Shown in pieces: positions 1-12,900 of a DNA stretch of 64,000 nt. The notes below the pieces were generated by a model. The model was not told where the DNA came from. It did no database searches and saw only the letters and a program-made list of their open reading frames with translations. Both the position numbers and the translations under genes were made by a program. Each line of letters opens with the position of its first letter. Positions within the stretch are counted from its first letter, which is position 1. Source of the DNA: Gonapodya sp. JEL0774 (taxonomy: Eukaryota); contig JADIIX010000044.1 of NCBI GenBank assembly GCA_027604505.1, positions 1 to 64,000 on the forward strand. Reading direction: 5' to 3'.

Positions 1-1145
1 TTGCTTATCTATATTTTCTCTGTGCACACAACTGAGTTTACAAATTATGCCCTTCACCACACCCAGATTGACATACAAGCCTTTTCCCACACTCTTTAGT
101 TTCCTGAGAACAACCAAACTTGACATTACGTGGCTTCCTTGGATCCCAAATTTTCAGATATTTGGTTACCCATACGGTCACTATTGATAATGAAATGAAG
201 ATTACAGCTCTCTTGGAAGAATTTGGAATGTTGGATTGCCTACCAATGACCACTCCAACCACACAGGGTGCATTGTTATCTCGTGCTGATTGCCCTAAAA
301 CTGAAGCCAAACGTGTCAGTGTTGATGCAGAATTATATCGTCATGGAGATGGTGCTTTGAATTACATTGTTATCACTAGTCAACCTGACTGTGTTACAGC
401 AAACCGTGTTTTAACTGAGGCTCTATAAAATCCTAGTTGCAAACATTACAATGCTTTTATACACCTGTTGAGCTACTTGAAGGGTATGTTACATTATGGG
501 ATCACTTACCTTGGAAAGAATGATCCTTGCAGGAGCAACACCCATACAAATCTTTATGGATATTATGAAACTTTGTATGCTTCAGACAAATTCAATTTGA
601 AATCCCGACAGGGTTATGTGTTTATGTTGTCAGGGGGAGCAATTAGTTGGAATTTGGGCAAGAATAGCTAGCTGATTCAACAACATATGCTGAGTTTGTC
701 TCTCAGCATAATGCAGTGAAGGAGCTTTTATGGCTCAAGAATGTTTTTATGGAATTTGGACAACCTTTGCCAGATAATATTGAACTGATTGGACAGGCAA
801 ACCAGAAGAAATATTTGGTGACAACAAAGGCGCAATATCTTTGGCGCACAATCAGAAGAAACATAATATGACCAAGCACTTTGAAATTAAGAATTTCTTT
901 GTTTGTGAAGAGATCAAGAATAAGACTATTCGATTGCTTTACATTCCTACAAGTCAAAATACTGCTGCTCTCTCAACTATGTCCTTGCCAAAGGAATCAT
1001 TTGAGAAGCACCGAGGTGCTATGGGAATGAATATATATGGTGTTGTGTGTACTATATATTTGCATGATACACCGCAACACATAGATGGGGGTGCCAGCGT
1101 GGAATATAAAGTGTTGCACCGCGAGGACATCCACATTCCTTGACA
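1..1145 (+). mobile_element. Degenerate Ty1/copia retrotransposon, 3' end (RT/RNase H remnant plus 3' LTR)
   Basis: Frameshifted ORF pieces YLKGMLHYGITY, KSRQGYVFMLSGGAISW and TKHFEIKNFFVCEEIKNKTIRLLYIPTSQNTA match copia RT/RNase H motifs. A TG...CA-bounded block follows at 1041-1145. Confidence 0.9.
1041..1145 (+). repeat. Putative ~105-bp LTR
   Basis: Starts TGTT and ends TTGACA just after the pol remnant. Aligns by eye with 3178-3281. Confidence 0.65.
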
Positions 1146-1499
1146 ATAAAACCCCTGGAATGGTGCGTTTAAAAACCAATTTCTCTCCATTGAACACATC
1201 CTGCTTTTTACTGCGACCTTCTGCAGAAGATGTTGATTCATTGGACACTAATCCAATTTCAATGGGTTCATTTGTCAAACTTGAGAGAAATTCCCTGTTC
1301 AGACAGATTGAATGGGAAGCAGCAGTGTCAACATGCACCTCCAGCCCTTTATTCCAGTCAGAGAATGACTCAGAGTTAGAGCTAGGATAATGAAATTGAT
1401 ATTAATATCAGCGAAAAGAGGAGAATATGACGCTGGTTTCTCCTGTATCTTCATACCACCTCACTCAATGGGGTCAGACTGAATGTTCCCATTTGGCCA

Positions 1500-2860
1500 G
1501 GATGGCAGGTGCTCCACTTCAGCACGCTTTGATCCCTCTCCATTCACTGGAGATATTGCGAGACGTACTGGCCGCGGAATGCCCCTGGACTTTGGTTTTG
1601 GACAGTGTAGGCAGACTCTTCAAATGTATTGTCCTCCAAATCTACATTGTGGTGTACAATCTCTCCTCAGCCAGGATTTTTCCCATGTGTTCCGTGGCCC
1701 CTCACCCCTCCCCTTTCACGCTTGGTGGTGTTTACTGTTGGTTTCTCTTTTGACTTCCCATCAGGGCAAGCCCTCCTTCGGTGACATGTATCCCCGCACC
1801 TCTTGCACTCCTCTCAGCAATCCGTTGCATTATGTCTGCGTTTTCTGCAGTTGAAGCATCCCTCGGAACGTGGGGTGCGCTGGTTAGGGGGGGTTTTTGG
1901 TTTGGATTTTGTTTCGCTGCTGCAGCACTAGCTAGAGCTCTTGTTTCTTTCCTTTTATCCTTGTATTTCATTGACGCTTTGATTTTATCAATTGATACCC
2001 TCGCAGAATGTGCAAAGGCATTATAAACCGTCGGGTATTCATCTTTGATTGAGGTGAGGTACTCTTCCAGTAGGTTGTCCTCTGGCCTTTCCCTGCCCAT
2101 TGACTGGTACTCGCAAAACATCTTCCCCCATTTGTTATCAAACACAATGGCTCTGCACCTGTCCGTTCAAACTGCCAGCCATTTCTTGCCAACAAGTTCC
2201 TTTGCAACATGGGTAGGCATCATGAACCTGGCCTTGAGCTAGTCCCATATGTCCTTTGCAGTCCAATTGGCCACATCCCCCATCTGGTTGTTGAGGGCCT
2301 CGTTGATGGCAATGATGAGGGCCTTTGAGACCCTGTCGTCCAGCCCACGATGTGGGTGCGTAGTGATGGTGGCGGTTCCAGCGACTATTGGTGCCGGTGG
2401 TTCATCATCTGCAGCCGATGCTACAGCACGGGGTACTGGTGTGAATGCTGGGATAGTTGTTGTGGTGGTGAAGGCGGTGAGGTCTGTGGTTGTCTGTTGG
2501 CGTCAAATGCTCTTTCAATCCGAACATTTTCACTGCCCTCCCCATCCTCAGCTTCCAAACCCAGTATTCTGAATGTCTGTTGTGCTTAGTGAGCTTCTCT
2601 CCTACAACCTTCAGGAGGTCCATCGGTTTGAATTCCCTGGTCATAGTGCCAGTGGAATTGGGTTGCAGCAGTGAAGGTAGGAATCTCCAAAAGATTCTCC
2701 AACCATCGGATTGTCCACTGATCACAATTTCAAGACAATTAGAACTGTCCCGGGCTCATACCCTGTTGGAACCGTGGCTCTCTGTCTTATGTGCAACGCA
2801 ATATATTACAGTCGGTGCCACTCATCTTTGATGACAGGCTAATATAGTTTACCCACTAAA
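1500..2860 (-). mobile_element. Degenerate Ty1/copia element, 5' part (LTR, PBS, gag remnant)
   Basis: On the minus strand an LTR-like block ending CCAACA (2764) is followed by GGGTATGAGCCC (2763-2752), a Ty5/copia-type PBS. Broken gag-like ORFs follow (KLTKHNRHSEYWVWKLRMGRAVKMFGLKEHL; ORF 1732-2145). The left boundary is approximate. Confidence 0.75.
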
Positions 2861-3177
2861 CATATAGAAAATATACACTGTGTCCATGCACCAACAAGAA
2901 GCCACCACACCTGTCTGCTCCCCCCTCGTGATGGAACAGGCACTGACCCCATACCCCACCACTGTTGCAAAACCAGTCTTTTGCCCCAACCTCCACCAGC
3001 ACACACAGATGCTCTCCCAATAACTTCCAGTGTGTGAGTACTGGGTACAACCTGCCTCCCACTTATGGGATCTCAGATGGTAGGTGTACCAGTCCACACA
3101 CCAGCACAGTGGGGAGCACAACAACTGCACACCGTGACACTACCCCCAATGGGCCAAACACAGTATGGGACAGGAGC

Positions 3178-3700
3178 ATTAGGTGTATTATATATTTGTA
3201 TACTAGCTGTGACACATAGGTGAGGGTGGGGTGTTATAATATACTTAGTTGCACAGACAAGAACATCTTTCATTCTTGACAGGTTATGTGCCCAAGGAGT
3301 GCTCTTTCAAGGATCTTGGATACTTGGGACAATCACAGAATATCTATTCCACTCCTGATCTCCATGCCCATGGCAACTTCACTCAAAACAAATGGCTGCA
3401 ATCATGGCAAACAAATGCAAGCCAAACAATGTACTTGCATGGTAGGAGAGTTGGTGGTGATGGGAGGGACTTTGGTATGGACCTCCACTGCTCAGACGCA
3501 TGAACTTTGAAACCCACAGTCTGAAACCATCAAGACCACCTTTTACAATTCAGAGGACCCCCCTCTGATGCCATTTGTTGAGCATTACTGGTACTGCAGC
3601 TGTTTTTTTGTCTGAAGAAAGAAGTCAAGAGGACTTTGGCACAGTGAGCAGTGTAGGTTAATCTCTGGGATACCAAAACTATGCAGTATTACTCAAATCA
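3178..3700 (+). mobile_element. Truncated copia 5' end: LTR (3178-3281), PBS (3282-3293) and decayed internal sequence
   Basis: LTR similar to 1041-1145, ending TTGACA and directly followed by GGTTATGTGCCC. The right boundary is approximate. Confidence 0.65.
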
Positions 3701-3709
3701 TACATAACA

Positions 3710-6700
3710 TTACAAAACTAGCTCATCTTCACTTTCATCTCCAGCAAAATAGGAAAAGTCCATTGCATTTGTAAGACGTCTTGAGCTCTTCTGTCCTTGC
3801 TTCTTGTTTTCTTTATTTTCAGGACTGATAGGTACAGTAAGAGGGTCCTCATCACTCTCAAGAGTGGTGTCCTGCAGAACAGTGGCATTGATGTTTCTCC
3901 TTGGTTGGTTGGTACAGCTGGCAGTAAAACACAAACATTACTACTCCAAAGTCACACCTCACTGGTCACAGACTTTGTAAACACACCTGGCATACTTCAC
4001 AACATTGTTAGAGTGTGATTTCAACCTTTGTTTTGCATTCAAATTTGGTTTCCCAAAACCTGATTTAGAGCCTGCCTTGAAAATTCTGCCAACCTTCCTC
4101 CGCTTGAAATCTGTGGTATCCTCTGTAAACCATTCTTCTCTGGAGCCATTCTTGCCCAGAACATCTCCTTGGCAGCTTCTCCTCTGTTGTAATTCTGAGT
4201 AAAGAGTCAACTTTGTATTAGAGACATGTGGACCTCCAGGCACATATTCCTTTAAAGGCTGCAAGTGGTAGATTGATTGAGATTGAAGCCTCAATAAGGT
4301 TGAAGCATCTATGCCTGAATCATTCTCCTCATCAGGATTTGCGGGTTCCCAAGCTCCAGTAAAAGCATCACGAATCCTGTAACACCAGTCACCAGTGGAT
4401 GGAAATACTTAGGGTTTTGGATTAGGAACACCTTTGATATGACATACCACTGTCTCCCTAAACTCCAACCAACATCATTTTCTGACAAGTTCCTCATCCC
4501 CATTTCTGCCTGTGTTTCAATATCTTGCATTATGTCCCACAGATGTCCAAGCTCTCCACATCCTTCCACATATTCCAGGAGTCTCAAAGTGAGGGCATAT
4601 GACCCTCTTGGAAGAAGTATGTCTCTTGCAAGCTCAAGCAATCCGGCAGGAGTATAAACACCTTCAAGAACAGTTGTACCTGCCCGCTCCAGTAGTGGTG
4701 TAAGAACTGGTGAAGGGTACTGATTTGAATAAGATGATAAATTAAACTTATGATGAACAATCAGTGTTCCTGTTTTGGTAAGTATTGACTCTATGTGGGC
4801 AGCTCGGACTGTAACTGCGAGCAGCAAAGATGGTGAAGCTCTTGCAGCCTGAAAAAATGCTGCCCCATGTCGAAGAGCTGAGCATGCATCATTCAGCACT
4901 TGAATAGCAACACTGACAAATCTAGGAGACCCAGCAGGATTAATATCCACATTCTGTTGAGTCTGCTCTTTCAGCTGGTTCAAATGCATGATTTGGAGGT
5001 CAAGTGACTTTGACATGAGTGCAAAAGTGAGGTTGATCAAAAATTCCTTGACTTTTGGAGCCAATGTTATCCAAAGTGACTGTAATGGACCCATATGGTC
5101 TGCCTCCCCATCTGAGTCCACCAAAACAATGTCATTTTCCTCTTTCACAGTAGCATCCTTGTCATGAATACTATGCAAGAAAGAGTTATCAGACTCAGAG
5201 GAAGATACAAACACTCTGTGTTTCCAGAAACAAATTGGCTCTTTAGTTGTTTGGAGGAAACCTGTTGTCTGGTTTATGATGTCCTGGCTCTGCAAACTTG
5301 CTGATGATGACCATCCAGATCTCACATCTGATATTTCCACTAATACAAAAGACAGGACTGGTGCAAGTACCTGCACTGCATGCAGCTCTGTCCAAGAATG
5401 GTTCACTGCTTCCACAAGGTTGATTAATGATGGCAGTTGCAGTGTTAGGCCGGCTCTAGATTGTGTGTCAATGATTCCCTCTAAAGATAGTTTATGCATG
5501 GAGAGGGCTGCTCCATAAAGATGTTCACGAATCCAATAAACAAAAACCTGTCCACCTATAGAGTATGCCCAATCAAAGATTTGTGGATCCCCTGTGTGGG
5601 TTCTGTCTGCACCCAGAAATTTATTGCCAAGGACTTGGTGTTTACCAATACTTAATCTGCCTCCTGGTGAAAAGCCATTTGAAGGTGTACTTCCACATTT
5701 TGGGCCATAATGCATGTCAAGTACCAATGTCATGGCAAGCTCTGCCTCTCTATTTAGACTGTGATTGATAAGCAGTTCAATTATGGATTTAAACAATGGG
5801 AGAAAGGTGGGAATTGCAGGAGTGAGTAGGATTGTCAAGTGAAGGTGATGAGATAGTAGTACGACTCTAGTGAACATTGTACAAACAGGCACACACTCAA
5901 CACTGTTTTGCAGCATCTTTGAAACTTGGATGTTCAGTGATGCTCACCTTCTGCATTGTGGTGGTAACTCTTCATATGATTGATCAATGCTTAATCCACA
6001 ACTTCTCTCATCCACGAAGTTTTCTGTGCACGCTTCTTCAAATTGACTCAGCTCTGTATTCGATTTGGCTGAATTCTTCGCAAATGTTTCATGATTTCTG
6101 GCAGTTATTTCCTCAGGACAGGCAGTTGTTTCAGAGTTTGCAAAATTGCGACCAACTTGGAAAGCAGCAAGGTGCATCAAGGAAGCGACTTCAGAAAAAA
6201 AATTGGGTTTGGTTTTGGTGTCTTCCCAGAATATCTATGCGTTCTTACCGGTGCCGCGCTGAGGGCATCTGAAGCTATCTTTGGTTGCGTTGTTACGGGA
6301 TACATCCCCTGCCAACTTGTCCACTACCGCCTCGGCACTTCCACTTCGGGTAGGATCGACATAGAGTTTAACCAAAGCGTCCTCGAAAGAGTCCAAAAGG
6401 GAAGCTGACAGTTTCCCGATAGATCCCGTTATTTGCAATTCGGATTGGATAGCGCTCGGCGTTCTGTTGCGCGGTGTTCCGTTCAAATCCATGCAGCGGA
6501 GACGATTCAAATCACGAGAAGAACGACCGAATTGGGCATCATTTAAATCTTTTCCATGCGATATGACTTGAGCCTTTCGGCGCGATTTGTAAGTTGCCGG
6601 TCTGGTTGATTTGGCGATCTCGACGGCGTCACCATGCTCGTGTGAGTGGCCATCCACAGAATGCCGTGCCTCAAAACTCTTGAGAGCAGATCGTGAATGC

Positions 6701-6837
6701 GTGCCAGTCTTCGAACCGATCACTCCTGGACCTTTGACCTCCGATGGTGCAGTTTCGACAGCTATTCGGAGAGCACCCAGTTTCGACCTCAAAAATCGAA
6801 GATGTCGGCGGATTCGCGATGGATCTTCATAATCCAT
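3710..6837 (-). CDS. Multi-exon hypothetical protein
   Basis: Successive minus-strand ORFs 6235-6918, 5944-6180, 4309-5916 (535 aa), 3959-4294 and 3710-3934. The first two junctions read as GT-AG introns (e.g. YEELPPQCR|RVVLLSH); the 3' junctions were not traced. No recognised domain. Confidence 0.6.
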
Positions 6838-7043
6838 ATGCAGAGACTCCGAAACCGCAGTGGAAAATGTTGGGAGGGACGTATTGGACGCAAGGAGCCG
6901 TGTGTCAAACTGATTCACCTACATATCAATTGATTCGCTTCTGTCCATCAATCTGGCGATTGTACTTGACTTTCTGGCAAGATTCGGTAGAAGTCTGATT
7001 GCTTTCTACAATTCAGGATTTTCTCAAAATGACAATTTATAAG

Positions 7044-9814
7044 CTACGATTCGGTGGGGAAGTCAGCCCTATCCCGCTGTGCGCTCTCTTCGCCCTGGCC
7101 AGATGCTTGCGCCTCTATGGAGTCTATCATGCTCACCAATTGTCCACTCCGAAGGATCCATTGTGTAAGTTCCGCCTCCATTCGCTGCGCCTCCTTTATC
7201 CTGGCCACAAGCCGATCGCGAGACCTCCCTTCGAGTGCGTGAATTTCGTCATCCGAAAGTGATGGAAAGGGTGAGGTGGACACAAAAGGTGAGACTAACG
7301 GGATTGCCCCAGAAGGAACGGGAGATCCATTGATGTTCGAAGTTTCACCCTGAGCTGAGCGCGCGCCTTCGGTTGAAATGGGTTGCCAAAACGGTGGGAA
7401 CAGTGGTATTAAAATGGGGACGGTGGGGTGAGATACGGGAGGCGATTGAGAGGGAGATATCCCAGCAAGATCAAAATTTGAACGTGTCGAGGCGAAGGAG
7501 TTTCCACTTGCGGGATTGCTCATACTCAATCGCTCTGATTGCGTCTGCGGAACGTAAGGAGCGTGTGGCCACGCGAAAGGAAAAGGAGCTGGTGGGAGAT
7601 GATAAGGAGGGGCCTGGGCCGGGCCTCCTGGTTCCTGATTCACCGGTGCTCCGCCACCTGATCCAAAATCCGCCCTGCCAACATTCGATGGTAAGACAGA
7701 AGTCGAGGAGGAAGAGACGGTGGAAGGCGCTGTTGAATGCGGAGGTATGTGGTAATGATTTTGTAATGTCGGATATTGGGTGTACTGGTGAGCATTGAAG
7801 GACGGGCTTGTTCCTTGCATTGGCAATGGGGGGCGGTTTGTCGATTCTGAGTTGAAGCCAGGAGTTGCTGGTCCCGGCGGCACTTGCTGCGGCTCTTGCT
7901 CTTGTGTGCCCACGGTCTGCGCTGGTGCTTGTTGGTTTGGCGTTATCACAGGAGGAATTGCCTGCACGGGGTCGGGGAGGACGGACCGACGGCTGCTCGA
8001 GGCACGGAAATCAGAAGTGGCGTTTTGAACTTGACCGCGGTACACCATTTACCAGGTCGGACAGCTTTGCTGCCTTTCCAGCCAACTCTTGAGACACCCA
8101 AAGTGAAAAACGTGCCCACACGGCAAACGCTTTGGACGCCTCGCCCTCCCTTGCGACTCTGGCAATCGCGGCTGCTCAGCAGTCTCATGTGCAGAGCCAA
8201 CACCTCCTGGACTATCTGCAACCATTTCTTCCCTGCAAACCACACACACTCCACCTCCACGTTCTACTTCCTCAGCAGTAGCATTTGGGTATCGAGAGTC
8301 CATCCCACTTGTCGCGCGGCGATAACGAAGAAGATCGCCAGCTCGGCGTAGAAACGAACGGAGGGTGAGATAGAGGTCCCGAATAGTATGCAAAGGGAGG
8401 CCGCGAGACGGCACCGTGACAGACAATAACACTGAATAGGAGAGCAACTTAAAGAAATCTGACAGATATTTCGATGTTTTGTGACGCTATTTTTACGGCA
8501 AATACTCGCAACCTCTCGCAGCGATTATATCACTCACCCACGAACAATTCCAAGTAGAATATGTACATGCTTTTGTCCTCCCACGGTTCCGAACGGTGAA
8601 GGTCCACAGAGTGCAGAACATATTTAACCCCACAGGCGAATATTTGCACGGCAAGGATGGAGTACTGAAAGAGAAACGTTGTCCAAGAGGCTGCCTTGAG
8701 CGTCCGAAGGACACAAAATCCCAACCCACCTCGAAACCGAACACCATCACCATTCCTGGGCCTCTTCGCAGTGTTGCATCGATGGAGTAGAATAGCATGC
8801 CGATGTCGAGGGAGAGGAGGATCCCGGTCAGAACAGATGTACGCAAGTGTGACAGGAAGGATGGCGGTTGGGGAGAATTGTCCATCTGCACCAGAATTGA
8901 GACATAAGTTAACAAACGAGTGGCAAAAATACTCCTGTTAAACGCCTGGCTTCAAAAGCGTTGCTTCACCCGAAACTCGAACTGAGGCGGTCCGTGGCTG
9001 ACCTAGCCGGCCAACCCCACCAAACTTGAGCCCGGCGTTGCATGAGCACAGCTCATTCAAGGATCTTACAAAGTGTAGGCTCATACGAGTCGTTCCCACC
9101 TTGAAGGAACCCTGGCCCTCGGTTTTCGTTTCGCCGACAACTTTACCGCGCTCTCCGATCGAAGGAATATGCCCAGAATGAATGAGATCAGCCGACACTT
9201 AACACTCACAAAGTCCACTCTGTCCTCAGCAACCCAATGGAATACCTTGAAGAACATAAGAAGCCCAAAAAAGGCGGCGAATCGCATGTCGAGTTCATCT
9301 CGAAACATAGTGGCGGCGAGGCATGTCTCCGTGACCGCGTACCAAGAACGCTCATATAAATGCTAGTAGCGCATAGAGGTGCGAGCTAGTTTTCGTGATT
9401 TCGACGTTCCAATTACTCACCTCCACTTCAAGTACCCGCAATTGGCCAAAAAAGAGACGCAAGAGACCCCGTCCAAGTACTATTGCGATGAACAGTAGAA
9501 GATTCAGGAGAATCTTGGGCAGAAACACTGTCAGTCGTGGCCTAAAGTATCCCGCCCGACAAATCTCTCCGAAGACATTCAGTCATCTTTGAGCGAAATC
9601 CAACAAGTGAAATTTATGTCCGCTAATTCCTCTCCATCAATTCAAAGCTCTTTTGTCCGTTTTACTCGCTCCAGACGCTCACCAACACAGAGCCACCCGA
9701 ACGCGAAACCTGGATTGCAGCAGGAAAGAATGCACCGCGCTCAAGCCACGCATTAACCAAGACAGTGGCAGAAAGAACGACTGATGTGACGCCAAATAGC
9801 GTGAGCCTCATCAT
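7044..9814 (-). CDS. HRD1: ERAD E3 ubiquitin ligase HRD1/synoviolin
   Basis: N-terminal TM segments (FRDELDMRFAAFFGLLMFFKVFHWVAEDRVDF), GLPLHTIRDLY, RING-H2 CVVCREEM...LPCGHVFHFGCLKSWLERQQSCPT, and a Pro-rich tail. Confidence 0.95.
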
Positions 9815-9917
9815 AGTGGGAGCCAGCTGAGCTGTTCCAAAGGACATCGAGGAGGGCATTCTCGGGTATTACTATTTACGCGCACCGATAGATTTCACAT
9901 TTTTAAGTGCCATTACA

Positions 9918-12900
9918 TTAATCCATAGATGCAAGAGACTTCCTCTTCACTTTTCTCTTCCTTTTCTCTCCTCCTCCCCCCGAGGTCATCTCAGCGAAGC
10001 CCACCCTACCGCAAACAGGAGCAGTGTGCATTTCCTCCACAGGCACTTCGGTTGCACGGGGTACACCCCGTTGCTCTGGAGTTAGTACGCCGCGAGACTC
10101 GGGTGGTAAATCAACCGTAACTTCGCATGATCTGAATGTGGTTGGTGTGTAGCTGCCACTGGATTCTGTTGCAGCCTGCACCCTAACACTGGCCACCATA
10201 CCACGAACTTCGGGACCAATTTTGGGGCACCTTGTCAAATCCACTCTCTCTAGCTTCGGAGCCGATCGAGCCAGCCACAAGGCAGTCTGCGGAGTCAGTA
10301 GTGGGCAACCTCGCAAAAACACTGACCGCAGACCGGAAGCGGCATCAGTACCGAGGGACTCTAAGCGGTCAATCTGAGTGCAAAATGACAGATCCAAGCC
10401 TTCCCACTGGCCAGGAGCAACGGACGCAAGGTTGGCAAGGCCGATGTTGGTAACTCCACCACAGAAACGGAGAGACAGAGCTGCAAGCTGCCGACAGGAG
10501 CTTGCAACCCATTGAAGTGATCGATCTGACCGTCCAAGAAGACAAGGACGAAGGAAGATGAATACACATGATGATGGTGTACAATTTGAATGAGTACATA
10601 TGCGAAAACAGCGTATTGAAACTTGTGGTCGCAGACACTCCTCACCTGTGACAAAAGCACAATCTCCCAGGTCCAGTACTCTTAAATGAAGGCAGTTCTT
10701 TGCAAGTGCGTAAAGCGTCTGTTCTGTCAACCTCGTGCATCTGCGAAGGTGGATCTCGGCCAGATCAGGAGTTCCCGGGAGTAGAGCTTGTGCGATGTTT
10801 TCATCCTGCAAATTCTTGCAGTGACTCAAGTCTAACCTCCGCAGGGATTGCATGCCGTGATCGCGAAAACAATCTCCAGTGAGATGCCCCAGGTAGCTCA
10901 GATCCAGTTCTCTGAGCGCTACGCAACGTTGTGCTACAATAGTTACGGCACCGTCTGTCAAATGCCAGCAATTCGAGATGCTTAACTTTGTAACATTAGG
11001 GGCCAGATCAGCAAGGGCGTCCAAATCGCCGTCGCGAAGGAGATAGCATGAATGCAATCTGACTCGCCGGATGCCATGGCCCCCCAGCCGCGCTAATGCA
11101 GCGAGAGAAACACCATTCAGTTTGTGTCGTAAGAGGCGATCACCGCCATCAATTTTGTTCCACAACAGATAGTCATCTAAGAGCTTTGCCCAATGTCGTG
11201 ACGTCAATGAGAGGCGGACACGAGAAATTACGTCAAGATTCTGAACAATGCGGCCAGCTACACTCGCAGGTAGATTGGTGAGGAGATCTGGTCCCAAAAC
11301 CTTGCTATGTTTGTTGTATCCGCCGCGGACCCCGAAAGACCTTGCGCTTCGAACAATAGCTGTCCGTGGTTTGGAGTTGTCGGATTTGCGCCGAGTGGGA
11401 TGCTTGTTGTTATTATTAATTAATCCCATAACGCTTTAGAGAAGCGGCACAAGACATACTGATGGTGAATACGCACCTCCGCTGGAATATCGATTGAGTC
11501 TAAACTGGATTGTCCACCGGATGGACGTATTTCATCGGCATTTGTGGAAGCAATCTCATCAACTGACGAATTAGAGCCGCGCTCGTCGCTGGAGGAATCT
11601 GACGTATCATCATCGCTTTGATTTCGCCAGCCGAGAAACTTCGGCAGCTGGAATCCAAAACGGGAGGACATAGCTGTGTTTGAATTAAATCAGAGAGCCG
11701 TTAAGGTGTTGATACATGTACAAAGAACAGATCCAGAAGCGAAGCAACCGAGAAGAGTACGTACTGGGACTTCGAGCTTTATCGGGACCCCTTCTATCCT
11801 TTCCGCGTACCTTTTCCTTTTTGGAACCATCAGATCTCTCTTTCTTCCTCTTTCTCTCTCGCTCTCGCTCTCTCTCCTTCTCTCGCTCTTTTTCTTGCTT
11901 TGAGTTCCTTTTCTGGCTGGCTCGGAATCGCGACTCCGCCTCAAGCGCAATGGATGCGTAAAGTTCCTTGTACTGCTTGATCACTCGTTGAAAATTTGTC
12001 CTTGATAACCTCAACGTATCACAGCCATCTTCTCCTGCTCTCAAGGTTGCAGTTCTCGTGCATTTCTTGATCACCCCGACTTCTCCGAAGTACGATCCCC
12101 TCCCCATGGTGTCGTGGACAGTAAAGCCGATCTCAGCAGAGCCCGTCACCACTTCGACTGATCCACGAACAATAAAATACATATCGTCAGCCGGATCTCC
12201 TTTATTGATAATGATAACGCCGGGCTCAATTAAGTTGATCTCTGTCGCTAAAGCGAGTTGCCGTAGAAACGCTTCCGAGCAATGTGCGAAGAGTGCAATC
12301 TTCTCCATGAATGAGCATTCGTGATTTCACTTTATTGTAATTGGATGGGTGGCCACTCACTCTTTTTAGGTTTGAAGCGGTCGCTTCCAATCCATATGCT
12401 TCCACCTCTGATATTTTGCGCCCTTTGTTCTTCTCTTTCTCCGCGAAACTAGTCGGTCCCTCTTGCAATGCTCCGCCTTCCCTTTGTTTGTTCTGAGCTT
12501 CCGCTTCTGGCTGTTTCCGCGCCAAAAGCTCCTTCTCTCTTGAAAGAAAGAGGCGGTAATTCTCGTCCGTGGTTTGACGCAAGGTCTTCTCAAGAGCAGA
12601 ATGTTTACGGAGGACATCAAGGAGGTCTACATGCCGGGCAATTCAAAGACGTAACAAGGTTGCCGTAGACAGAACTTGTACTGAGCAGTGTATAGTGACA
12701 ATCAAATATGCTGTCGATAATCACGCACCATCCTTATGCAACTCGAGTAAGGTACACTCCTGTCTGACCATTACTGTCGCAGTACGTGGCACGTCGTAGA
12801 AGAGGGCAACTTCTCCAAAAAAGCTTCCTCCCCGCATTTGCGCAAACGTCTTGAATCCATCTAGAAGGCACGGATTTAAATATGGACCAACCTCAAAAGA

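Noticed and set aside
11840..11900. CT-rich microsatellite-like tract (and the GA-rich tract at ~59925-59975)
   Set aside because: These encode KE/RE/RD low-complexity peptide within exons.
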